DNA of 63,022 nt, counting the filler, from Platydemus manokwari (lineage: Eukaryota): assembly GCA_037951405.1 (NCBI GenBank). It is 5 parts of 5 records of this genome, joined end to end, with 100 filler letters (N's around TTAATTAATTAA, not from the genome) between each part and the next. Parts side by side here need not be neighbours in the genome. Positions count along the whole stretch, not along the records: positions 1 to 9,897 come from JBBMOY011191766.1; positions 9,998 to 19,930 come from JBBMOY011187655.1; 3 more parts are not named here. The stretch is one strand, 5' to 3'. Positions within the stretch are counted from its first letter, which is position 1. The number at the start of each line of letters is the position of its first letter. The notes beneath the pieces are model-generated. The model was not told the DNA's origin. It ran no database searches and was given only the letters and a program-made list of their open reading frames with translations. Below are positions 1 through 11,710 of this stretch, piece after piece. Position numbers and translations under genes: made by a program.

Positions 1-66
1 AATAATGATAATAATAATAGTAATAATAATAATATGCCTGATTATGAATTAGAGTGGCGCATTTTA

Positions 67-912
67 TAGGATTGGATGGTAAAGTCTTGTCCGATAGAAA
101 ATAATATTGATTTAACCAATAAAGACAACATGTAAATTGAGAAATATAAACAAAACATCATCCGTCAGTAAATCTAAATTATTTCCATGTTTTACAAAGC
201 AATGTTTAGTTTAAATGAATGATTAAATTCGTTTTAAATGTTTAATTTCTATCTTATAATTAAATAATTGTTTCAGATAGCTATCATTTAAAAAATAATA
301 TTTCGATCAACCAACAACATCAATTCGTCGATATTTGACAGCACAAAAGCACCTTGAAACTATTCTTTGGATGTGAAAGAAATTCTTCTGTGTGATGTAC
401 TTCCTCAAGATAAATAATACAGTATTTTAAAGCACTCATTTGGACAAACTCGTAGATACGATTCGAGAAAAGTGTGGAAGCAGTTTTGAAAAATCCCATT
501 TCCTTCACGATAACGCTCGACTGGATACGATGCGTTTAACTGAAAACAAGCTTATTGAGATCGGTTTTACGGAAATACCGCATCCACCATACACTCCAGA
601 CATCGCTCTTCAGACTATTACCTATTTTCTTCTATGAAAAACAGACATCGTGGGAAAACGTATCGCTCTACTGAAGTGGTCAACAATGATTTGGAAAAGT
701 AGTTCGCTTCATGACTTGTGGAATTCTATGTAAATGGCATAAAACAACTTCCAGAACGCTGGCAAAAGTGTGTGGACCTTAAAGGTGACTATTTTCAACA
801 TTTCAAATTTACTGACGAATGGTGTTTTGTTTATATTTATCAATTTACATATTGTCTTTATTGGTTAAGTAAATATTAGTTTCTAGCAGATTGGACTTTC
901 GTTCCATTCCTA
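67..912 (+). mobile_element. Internally deleted, decayed mariner (Tc1/mariner DD34D) transposon
   Basis: Imperfect ~33-bp TIRs (TAGGATTGGATGGTAAAGTC.. at 67; ..GACTTTCGTTCCATTCCTA ending 912), each flanked by TA. ORF 440-637 gives FLHDNAR and HPPYTPDIA, then frameshifted SDYYLF and LPERWQKCVDLKGDYF, which are mariner transposase C-terminal motifs. Confidence 0.9.
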
Positions 913-1717
913 TATATTCATTGTAACAGTACGCGTAAAACAATAATATAAAAATATTGTTGGCATCTACCCACTCATCAAACACAAATTGAAACTATTT
1001 CAAATTATTTTGTCCATATTTTTAAAGAAATTAAACTAGTTATTTAAATTTTATCATACCATTTTTTTGGACTTGAAAAATTTCGCAAATATTCTTCTAC
1101 TTAACACGTTGGATTTATTTACTGTGCCGAATCTTCATTATTGGTTAAGTTTTACTTTTTATTTTTTCATTAATAAGAGGGTAAATAAAAAGAAATATAG
1201 AAACGCAAACCAGCTTTCATTTTAAATAAGATATTGATTTCAATTGATCTTTTAACATATTAAAGACTGGTTAACTTTCGCTTGAAGATCGTTCATAAAT
1301 AATTTGTACTTCTATTGGAATTCGAATTTTCTCCAACAGTTTCGAGCTTCTTTCTATTAGACAGTATAGAATTAAATTCATTGGTGGATTGACGATCTGC
1401 ACTATTATTTCACTCACATTCACTATGACTTGACACGTGTGCATGTGTTGTAATTGTGATTCGATTCTAAATCACTTTGAAACCTTAAAATCATGGAATA
1501 ACAAATCGATAATTAAGTGAAGAAAAAATTAATTTAAAAAAAAATTGAAAATAAATTTTTAATTTTTAAAAATTTAAAAAAAAATTATGAATAATATTTA
1601 ATACGATAATAAAGATTCGACATTAAACATTATTTTGATTAGTTGGTGTTGCTTGTGTTAATGTTGATATTACCAATGATTTAAAAAAAATAGAAGATTA
1701 GATAAAAATAATCCTAC

Positions 1718-1850
1718 CTTTCAGCAATTGAACCAGGCCGAATATTTGCAATCACCGGAGTTTCTCCGCGATCCGCACCTCCGGAGACCGTTAATCCCAG
1801 AGTTTCATTATCCTTTTTTGTGATGTCCACATTTATTCGACTAATCTTTT
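1718..1850 (-). CDS. GRIP1: Internal exon of a GRIP1/2-like multi-PDZ scaffold (first half of PDZ1)
   Basis: ttttcag|...|gtagg, 133 nt, phase 1 to phase 2, translating KISRINVDITKKDNETLGLTVSGGADRGETPVIANIRPGSIAER. This closely resembles GRIP PDZ1 (TLGLTVSGGxDK..PRVSNLRxGGIAAR). Other exons not located. Confidence 0.75.
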
Positions 1851-4800
1851 CTGAAAACATAATTTCTTTTATAGCATTATCGAAGCCAGATAATAATTCT
1901 TTTATTTGTCTTTATATCTATTATTTCAAAACCAATATTGATCATTATAATAAAGTTTAATAATGATGATGGTTATTATTAAACAGATTATTATTCTCGT
2001 TGTGACGATAGTTGATGTTTTTAGAAGAACATTGACTTTATTTATTTTTTAATTCCCTTTTTATTTTTTATAAAAATAATAATTTCTTGATTCAAATTCA
2101 TCAACATAATAAAATAATCGAAATGCATGGAATTTGAGAGAATTGAAATGGTGTGGAAATAAACTGATGAAAATACCCAGAAATCATATTGAATTACAAT
2201 ATAACCGTTGAAGAATGGTGGTATACATTATTCCAAATGAAATTGTCACGAAATATTGGGAAATCCTATATTTCTGCAGCTTTGATAATGTGAACATTCT
2301 ATTGCTCGAGCTCACCTCGGACAATAACTTTTGTTTGAATTCATGAAATTATTGACCAATTGACTTTTTAAATATTTTCTTTAATGCTATTATGAAAGTA
2401 GTTTTGTGGAAGTGTTACATAACCATAATTTGAATATTATTTCCAACATCAATCTCAACCTTGTCGCGTTATAAATAAATTCTAAATTATAATTAAATTT
2501 AAACGAAAAATTATTTCTTTGTAAAATTATTTACAGAATGAAGTATAGATTATAATAATTGACTTTAAAATCAATACATATTTAGATGATCATTTTAAAT
2601 CGAAAATATTGATTGATATTACAAAATATAAATCATGAGTTTATATTGTTTGAATATTTAGATTAAATATGATTTGCTGATTGAAATTCTTCGTTTTCGA
2701 TTGGTATTTTGTGAATTAACAATAGCTGGAAATAATAATTGCCATGGTAATTAGAGATTGGTTTCGAAATAATTTACATTTGGAAATTGTGAAACTAGAC
2801 GTAAGACAGAAACAACTTTATATATTAATAGATAATATATAATATATTTATAATTATCTAATTATCCACGCAAACTTTAACCACTGTATGTAACGATAAA
2901 CTGAAGGTGATAGTCAATAAAATAGAAAAACGTTAGAATATAAATTAATAATATAAATAATCAACGACTATTAACAAATATTTCATTCGTTCATTGGTTT
3001 CGTTAATTATTATATAAATATCCATCTATAATAAATTATCGATAAAGTTTAATTTTTGATTGAGTTGAATTGAGAATATGAATAAACGATACGATGAATG
3101 GTTGATAAATGAAATTTGGAATCGTATATTTATTTATATTTCTTAAAAATTAAAATCTTTTCTTAAATTTTGCACAATTATCGAAATAAATTCAATATTT
3201 CTGCCAATAATCAATTACACGTGGTCCAGGGATTAATTATTGATTCCACTTAGAATTATAAATTCTTATTCCTTCTTTCATATTTCACATGACGATGTTC
3301 ACTAAGTGGTTTAGACTTACGGATTTTTTTGCTTTTTTCCAGAAAAAAATTATTTTATAAATATAATAACAGAAAATTATCATTCAAGAACTTGTGCGAA
3401 TAATGAGCTCCATAAATCGATCATAAAACCATTTATTCGATATTTATACGTTCTGTCATAAACTGAACAAAGAACTCCAAATTTAATAATAAATCCTAGG
3501 AAATGTCGTAAATCTATTGAAAATGAAATATAAAATTTGATTTATCGAAATACCTATTTTATAATAAATAAATGTTTTGGATGTAGTTTTGTAAAATCGG
3601 GCAGACTCAGTAGAAACTACTATTTCAATCATCGATCGGATGTTTATTTTGGATTATCATGGTCGATATATGTGAAATCATGGTTGTTAGCTGCTACTAT
3701 TTTAAAAAACCATACATTATACGACACAATAAATCTAATTTTATATTAATATGATTTTTTTATAAATTTAGAATTAAATCTGAATAAAATTTGAATTAAA
3801 TGTGAAATATCTCACAATGGTTACACCTTGAACTCATTGTTATTTAAATAACAGTTTCTGAAGTCAAAGTTTTCCACAGATCAACCTCTTTTCATCAAAA
3901 TCAAGCCATATTTTCAACCAAAAACCAGGTTTTTAAAAACAACCACAACATCACTTGAAATGCACCATTTTTTATAATTTCACCCAAAAAATTTAATATA
4001 TTAAGAAAACAATTAATATCTTAGATAAAAGATAATTTTTCAATGAATATGTGACAATAATGACTTGCCAAACTCGGATTTCTAAGTCCTTGCAGCTGAA
4101 AAATTTGTAAGGAGCGAATGGAGTTGCGTGGTCGTTTTGGTCTCGATTCTTTTATATCATTTTCTAATTTGTTATTTTCTTTGTTTTATCTTTTTATTAC
4201 ATTATTAGAGTTTATTAATACTATCTTATGATTTTTTTTTATCGTGGTGTTGTACACAAAAATTTGTTTGCTTGTTTATCGAGCATCATGTTTCCTCTCA
4301 AGTTTACATTGGTTGTTACCACGGCAATGGGGATATTTAAATCAATGATAATTTGCATATCAAATGAATGACAATTGTTTTAATTATGGATCAGATTTGT
4401 AAATATTTAAATTAGTATCTATAAATATTATAACATGTGTCAACATAACGGAGGTTCGCTATCAGAACCTCTACTGGTTGAAAAACATTTTCCAAACGTG
4501 TGTTAATTGATAAAACAATGAATGACGAGTGATTGTAGTAATATATTTGTTTTTATTTTTTTGATATAAAGAATAAATTTAGGATAAACAGCATTATCAA
4601 ACGGTGTAATTGTCTATTGTATCAATAAATTTTAATCTTTTGAATTTTATATAGCAATTTAAGTTTTAACGGCCTGTTGGATTGACATTGGGATTCAACT
4701 AACGATGCGAACTCGTTAGATTGGTTTACATTAGAACAACATAAACCCAACAATATTTATTCGCTTTAACCACTTAGTTAATCCATAATTTGTATTATTC

Positions 4801-5512
4801 AATATGTTAGTTTGAATCGAGTTCAACTAAAATCTAATGGAAAAGTAAATTTGATTTAACTGAGAGTAAACCAGTGGTTGAGGAAGCTCTGTACCGAACT
4901 ACCTTTAAGTCTAATCAGACACCTGAGATTTCTTACTCTTAAGGACATAGGAGTAATTTTTCTTATGAAAGTACTGACAATAGAACAATAATTAATAAAA
5001 CAAAAAATCCTGATTATTTCTTGAATCACTATTCGCCATTGTAGCTTACACAGTCATATTATTATTTTTTGCTATTGTACGTTTATGATTCTGTTATATA
5101 ATTATAATTTTGAAAATATTTATTCTTGATATCTAGTAAATCATTCTATTTATATTTCCAATTATCAACAAACAGAACGAATGCCTATTTTGAAGTCAGA
5201 CTTTTAAAACAACTACATCGATAAAGATTTTACATTTTGAGCATTAAAACTCAGCACTTAAATTATAAAACCCATAAGACGAAACAAAATCATTAAAATG
5301 GCAGTAGCACAAACGCCAGAAAAGTGTTGTGATTAGAATATAGACTTGAATTAACTATTCTGTTTTGATCCTAGTGCACATAAAAATCTGCCTTCAAATG
5401 GACATCACAAGCTAATTAACGCTAACAAAATGTAAAAAAAATATAAAAATAAAACTACATATTTCATGATATCGATATCATGATTGTTTTTTATTTTCAC
5501 TCCAAAACAAAA

Positions 5513-5849
5513 GTGATAACCCTTAAAGCAAAAACTATAATATGTATTACTTGATATTTAATTGAAGATTTTAAAAGGGATTATAATAACAACAAAGATG
5601 AAGGAAAAACCTTAGAGAAAAAATAAAATAATAGCTTTATTTAATGAAACAATAAATAACTATAATAAAGCTTTAACAGAAAAAATAACATTAATTAACC
5701 GGGGAACAAAATCTAATCTCCATCAAATACAAGTTTATGGACAAGGAAAAATAACATTTACATCATTTGATGATAAAAGATTAATAGAAAATAATGGATT
5801 TGTAACTTGGCCACATAGTCATCGATTAAAATGTACAGAATGCAATTAA
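5513..5849 (+). pseudogene. C-terminal fragment of Polinton protein-primed DNA polymerase B
   Basis: ..NNYNKALTEKITLINRGTKSNLHQIQVYGQGKITFTSFDDKRLIENNGFVTWPHSH..* matches the Maverick pPolB tail (S-x-x-H...K-x-x-L-S-x-F-D-D-K-R...G-x-x-T-L-P-x-G-H). LKAKT lies upstream. Convergent with the structural block. Confidence 0.8.
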
Positions 5850-5979
5850 TAGATTTTAAAATGAGGTGAGATAAGAAAAAGACATGTAATAGAATTTCAT
5901 AATTTAATGAAATAAATATTCACAAAAAATAATTATATTAAAAAAATGTTTAAAATATTAAAATGTTTAAATTTGATCC

Positions 5980-6905
5980 TTTTCCACCAACATATTGAAT
6001 AAGAAATACAAAACTAAATCATTCGTATGTAAGTTCCCCTCGTGTTAAAGGAAATTTATTCTCATAAGTATAATCAGCATCACCAATACCAATATTAATT
6101 TTTGCGCTATTATTATTTAATTTATTACCAAACTTAATATATTTTTTAAAATTCTAAGGTGTACCTTCCGAAAAATAGAAATCTTTTTTACCAAAATCTT
6201 TTTTTACATAATATGTCCTCTATCCGTTTTTAAACACAAATACTACCTTTTACTCCCATCTTTTGAGGTGGTAAAAATATTAGTTGGATTTCCTAAATCA
6301 GTGATGGCTTTCGTCAATATTTTAATATCATAAGTATTTTTAAGGAGATTATTCCATTTTTCTTCTAATTCCCCTCCAAACTGAACAGAATGTTCTCGTC
6401 GAACACCCTGTTATTTCTTCATTATCTCTATAAATTCCTCTTCCGTTTTTCCTTCTATAAACTTCAAATTTTTTAATTTTACCGAAGTTAATTTTATTTC
6501 TTTTTCATTAATTTTTTAATCATCATTTACCATGGAAATTATCGATATACATAAAGAATCAAGTTTATTAATACTCTGTTATCTTTCATTAAGTCCGATC
6601 TTGCACTTGAAATATAAGTAGAAATCCTCAAGTCTTTATTAGTTTCTCTAATTTCTTTCTCAAAATTCTTTTTAATTTCATTGATACATTTTTCAAGTTA
6701 TTTTTTATTTAAAGCATCCGTTTTATGGTTTGGATCACCGAACTGTGTTATTCTATAATTGTTTAACTCTAAATTACCCTTCATACTATCACCCTTCTCA
6801 TTAATATATTTTTTATCATCAATTCGTTCTTTAGCACTAATCATTTCTTGAACATCTCTCATGTCAGTTATTGAAACATTTTCACATTTGTGAACCAAAG
6901 ACATT
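5980..6905 (-). pseudogene. Fibre/spike-like protein, copy A (broken)
   Basis: KYINEKGDSMKGNLELNNYRITQFGDPNHKTDALNKK, with a second KAITDLGNP further downstream. This is the G-D-x-M-x-G-x-L...I-T-x-L-G-x-P...D-A-x-N-K repeat of trimeric fibre stalks. Stops and frameshifts present. Confidence 0.55.
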
Positions 6906-7043
6906 TTAAATTTAAAATACAAACGAAGTTCTCCTAAAGGAAGGAAGATACCTTTCTGATTTAATACCGCGTCTTAAACCTGTTTAAAGTAATGAAGGAA
7001 CTCTGACTTCGTTCGACCTATGGACTCCGTTAAATGGAATTCC

Positions 7044-7408
7044 TCATATAATCAATAATATAATCAAATTTTAATCCATTATCTAAACAATATAAAACAT
7101 ACATAGATAATTGTCCACATAATTCCCCTTCTGTTTGTATTTGAATATTATTGTAACCACAATCGGACTCGGACTTTGTCCGGGCTCCGCCATCAAAGAA
7201 ATTATAAACTTCTCTGATTGGTAAAATTCCTTAGGGATCAAAAAAAATTTTATGAGGTTTACTTATTGAAACCCAATGAGGACCCTTTTTTGTATTTTTC
7301 AAATTCATTATTAGTAGTTTTATTAATACCATACTTAGCTAGAAAATTTATTAAATCGGAATAGGTCTCTGTTCGGCTTCCGGCATTTATTTGATCTCCA
7401 GCATCCAT
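7044..7408 (-). pseudogene. Adenain-like cysteine protease, copy A (deleted and frameshifted)
   Basis: Homologous to 12989-13357. Retains FFDP and YNNIQIQTEGELCGQ (oxyanion Gln and catalytic Cys); has an internal deletion relative to copy B. Confidence 0.8.
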
Positions 7409-7438
7409 TTTAAAAAACAAAAATTAGAGGAACTTTGT

Positions 7439-8190
7439 TCAAACCTGTTTGAGATGAAGTCTCAAAGATATTTCTTTTCCGCCAAAATCTATTAAATTAC
7501 CATTTTGATCTGTTATTTTAAAAGTAGTTTCACTAACACATTTAGTAAGTATTGGAAAATAAATTACTTGTTTAATTTCTTTATTATATAAATAATCCGG
7601 GCGACCACTATTGGCTGTAAAACTATAAATAATATTGAGAAGCATATACGCCATTTGTGCTTTTTTGGGTATGTAACTTCCATCAGATATTGTACATTCA
7701 TCATTTATTGACGTAAGCTCAGATATATTTATTTTATTTTCTGATCAAAAGCTCGTGGATAAAATATTTTATTATTTTCAAATCCTAGTACAGATCCTAA
7801 AGTAATAAACTTTATAAATCCTTTCGTAAAGAGTTTACATTTTAAAGTGGTTTTATCAGGTTCAATTTTTACATTATATATTTGGTTTTTATTACTATAA
7901 ACTTGTGTAACTCCATTAATTTTATACTTGCCAACAACATTTTGTAGATTTTCATTTACATCAGGAATTTCTCTGGCATCAAGTGGAGTTATACATAATA
8001 TATTTTCATATTCAAAAGAGTTATTACTATCATTAATATTATATACAGAATTATAAACGCTCATAGATATTAAACCAATCTCATATTCAAATATTTCATC
8101 TAACTTTAAAGTCACCGGGAAACTTAATTTCAATTCAGATTTTTTACTACTAGATATTATGTTAATCAATTATTCTAATTTTTCATCCAT
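7439..8190 (-). pseudogene. Minor capsid protein (penton), copy A
   Basis: ORFs 7729-8169 and 7439-7654: EYEIGLISMSVYNSVYNINDSNN...VIYFPI...KITDQNGNLIDFGGKEISLRLHLK, the Polinton/adintovirus penton signature. Split by a frameshift. Confidence 0.85.
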
Positions 8191-8249
8191 TTTTAATTTA
8201 TCACTTTTATGACTGTTCTTCACATGGCGATAAATAAAACTCATCTTCT

Positions 8250-8720
8250 TTAATTAGTTTTAAAAATGGTACCTTTTCATATCTAGTATTTTTTATAAAA
8301 TCATATATGGCTCGACCTTCGTAAGGGGTTAAATAAAGGCCGGCCCCCTTAGTTGAACGAAGTTCGTTCCCTTTCCTTCATTTATTTGTCTTTAGTTGCG
8401 CTAATTCTTCTTTTACTTTTTCAATCTCCGTTTTAACCATCTCTGGATCAGCTTTCATAGCTTGTTTTGCTTGATATACTGCAGTTGCAACACCTGCATA
8501 CCCACTTAAACCTGCTATAATTGCTAGTTATGCAGCTAAGAACCAGATTTTGTATTTTATACTCCTCTTTGTTTTCGAACTTTGTCCGACCTTGGCATCT
8601 AATATTTTTTTAAATTTGTTAATAATTTCTTTAGTTATTTTTATTTTTTCCCCTTGTAAAAAAATGATGTAGGTTTACCCGCCTTAACTATTTGTTTTAA
8701 AAGTTTGTCTTAATTCATTT
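8250..8720 (-). pseudogene. Small basic/amphipathic core-like protein (adintovirus pX/'cupiennin'-like)
   Basis: GFLAA*LAIIAGLSGYAGVATAVYQAKQAMK..EIEKVKEELAQLK..GKG.. lies between MCP and penton. The Gly/Ala-rich amphipathic segment plus coiled coil is typical of these Polinton proteins. Confidence 0.55.
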
Positions 8721-8767
8721 TTAAAAATTAAATATAAAATTTAAATTAAATATGAATTTAATAATTC

Positions 8768-9897
8768 TTAAATACTACACATCTTGTATTGTAAACATCA
8801 TTCCATTCTTAATTAATATTTTTACAGATTTTTCTTCTAATATACAACAATAAGCATTGCATTTGAAATCTGATGATTTTTCAATTTCAATTGATAGTGT
8901 ACGATCATTAATTATTAATTTTTCATCTTGAGGTTTAACATTGAAACAAAATATTGAGTATAAATCCTGAAAATCAATTGAGGGTATTTTTTTAATTCTT
9001 TACATAAATTAAGATTTGCATCATAAGGAGCATCCTCATTATTCATTGTGATATCAAATTGCATTTCATTAGCCGGATAGTTACTGCTATTTAATTCAAT
9101 TTTTAATGATTTTATATATTTTTTTTTGAATTTCCAATATTTTGAATGAATGTTGAATTGTTTCTGTCTGGTAAAGGTAATTTCAGGATGTTTAAATCCA
9201 ATTAAAATATATCTTGGTCTACTTTTAATAAAGCTACTTACCATGTATAAGTTTGTGACTCAGGAATATCAATTAGATTTGAAAGTCTATTTAATTAATT
9301 AACTTGAATTGGTTTATCGGTTTGTATTATTTACGATAATTCAAGTTCACTATCCAAATTTAGAAATAATTTGAGCATACAAAATTCTACTAATTTGATA
9401 GTTAATTTTCCTTCATCTTTTGTTTCGTAAAATATTTCCTTATTTTTTCATCCATATTTCTGTTTAAGGTTAATTTAATCATCATCAAAAATAATAGTCA
9501 ATTATAACTTTTTAAAAATCCAAGTATTTGTTTTAATGGAAATCGTCCTGTGAACCTACTTTTTAAATTATAAAAGGCTTTTCTTCTTTTGAATCCCTTA
9601 TTGTCTTTATCCGGATCTTCTTTAGTTATATCTGGAATCCATAATGCCCACTCTCAGGTTCTTTGATCAGATTGATCTAATAATAATATATAATTTAACA
9701 TACCAGATATTTTTCCAACTTTTTCAATATTTTCAATTTCATGAGTTCCTAATGTTAATCTCACGGAGTTAAATAAATATCCGGCGAATATGGCGGGTGA
9801 GCTAAGACTTCCCAGTTTATACCTTTTAAGTATTTATTTACAATATGATGGACATGCGGCCTGGCGTTATCATGTAGTAAAATTACTTTATCATGTC
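8768..9897 (-). pseudogene. Major capsid protein (double jelly-roll, hexon-like), copy A, truncated by gap
   Basis: AGYLFNSVRLTLGTHEIENIEKVG (~9715-9790), FTGRFPLKQILGF (~9515-9555) and ORF 8915-9244 SRPRYILIGF...LKIELNSSNYP are Polinton MCP motifs. Multiple stops and frameshifts. Confidence 0.85.
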
Positions 9898-9997
9898 NNN
9901 NNNNNNNNNNNNNNNNNNNNNNNNNNNNNNNNNNNNNNNNNTTAATTAATTAANNNNNNNNNNNNNNNNNNNNNNNNNNNNNNNNNNNNNNNNNNNN
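9898..9997. other. Artificial assembly spacer N44-TTAATTAATTAA-N44
   Basis: Identical 100-nt construct with a six-frame stop linker recurs four times in the window. Confidence 0.97.
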
Positions 9998-10295
9998 AGT
10001 TTATATTAGATAAAAACGAAACTTTGAATGATATTATGGAGAAAATTAAAACATTTATTGGTGATGATATATTCGAATTTAAAAACGAAAAACCAGATGA
10101 AAATATTATTAAAGCTTATTTTATTAAATCTAAGCTTTATAACATAATCACAGATAAGTCTGATTTTAAAAGAACTAAAGGTGTCAACAGAAACAATAAT
10201 ATTTATGAAGACGAATTTTAAAAAGTTCTTTACAATAATGGGATTATTAAATATACGAGTGCAGTACTCGCATGTGATAAACATAAAAATTATTA

Positions 10296-10916
10296 TTATG
10301 AGCAATTAAAAGATGCAATATCTCCATTTGATGACAAAACTTGGATCGAGGATGGTTGGATAAAAACTAAACCTTGGTCTAACCACTGTACATAATTATT
10401 TACAATCGCTGTCTCTTTAGCATATTCAATTTCGAAATTTTCTGCTTTCAATATTTGATTTTTCATCATATTTAAAATAATGTTATTACTTTTACTTATG
10501 TTTTTACTAACTTCTAACGGTTGAAGATTCTTCCAATTAAAACATTGATAAATATTTTGTTCATTTGTCAAACCAAATTTACTTACAGGTAAAACGTGAT
10601 CAATTTCCCAATAACTTCTATAATTATCCCAAAACATATTTTCATTAAATTGATATTATAACCATCTCTCTAATTTATCAGTTGAACAACCTAAAAATTC
10701 CACTGATATCTCGGATTTATTACCCTTTAAAGAATTTCTAATATTATTTGATATACTTTTTCTAAATTCATATTGTAGATCAGTTTGGTATCTATTGTTC
10801 TGATATTCAACTTGTTTTTTATGAAGACATGTTTCTCAATGGTTTCTAGGAGGGTAAGAGTTATAAATATGTTTAATACATAAACAATAACTACATATTT
10901 TATATAAATCTTCCAT
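10296..10916 (-). pseudogene. HNH (beta-beta-alpha-Me) endonuclease of the type common in NCLDVs and phages
   Basis: FLGCSTDKLERWL*YQFNENMFWDNYRSYWEIDHVLPVSKF...QCFNWKNLQPLEVSKNISKSN, with an N-terminal CxxC. ATG at 10916; internal stops upstream of ORF 10296-10637. Confidence 0.75.
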
Positions 10917-10999
10917 TTTAATATAAAATTTATAACTTTTTTAACTCCTCGCGATATTTCTGTTTCAACTCTCTAACATTCTCTTTCTTAACGTTGTTC

Positions 11000-11600
11000 T
11001 GTAATTTAATATCACTATCTTTAATCTTTAAAACCTCATCACGTAAATCTTTGATGCTTTTTTAGCTTGTGAAATCTCATCCTCTGTTAATATTTTATCC
11101 TCAAGTCCCTTTATTTGGAAAACATAAATATTATCAATAGTTTAATAGCTTCAAAAAATTTCTCGGTACATTTCCTTTTTCTTACTATTTAAACCAATAT
11201 GAATACTTTCTGAAACAAACGTGGATATAATTGATAATAATCCAGCTCGTACACCACAATATAAAGCAATTGTTGGCAAAAAATCTATTGCTGAAATAGC
11301 AGGTAAAAGAGTTGCTGAAATTGTTAGTCCTCCACCAACACCTAAAATTGAATATTTCAAAGTACTTTCTATTTTTGTCCATTTATTTTTTAATTTATCA
11401 TAGTGGGATAATTGATCTTCTAAAACTCTTTTCTTATTCATAAAATTCTCAATCCTAAGTTGAATAATATTTATTTTTAATTTATCATTTTCATAACCTT
11501 CATAACTTGGAGCTGATGGAGATTTAAATTCATCGAGTTTAGGATAGGGTTCTGATATAACATTCTCATTTTCCTTTTCATTAGATTAATCATCGATCAT
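11000..11600 (-). pseudogene. Polinton/adintovirus coiled-coil plus two-TM membrane protein
   Basis: ATG at 11600 is in frame with ORF 11151-11441 (one early stop). Order: N-terminal YPKL..PSAP, a basic coiled coil, two hydrophobic segments (SILGVGGGLTISATLL; IALYCGVRAGLLSII), then a frameshifted C-terminal GLEDKILTEDEI. Confidence 0.65.
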
Positions 11601-11710
11601 TTTTTTAAAAAAAAATTGAAGGAAATTCGTTCATAACTTTGGGTATTCTAGATCTGGGTAATTTTTTAAAAAAAATTTTAAGATCATCTTCTTTAATTTG
11701 TAATTAAAAA

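Noticed and set aside
2160-2190. CTGATGA...GAAA hammerhead-like core
   Set aside because: No stem II or flanking helices can form.
9942-9953. Recurrent palindrome TTAATTAATTAA (also near 19975, 43440 and 52972)
   Set aside because: Always centred in an identical N spacer; it is an artificial six-frame stop linker, not biology.
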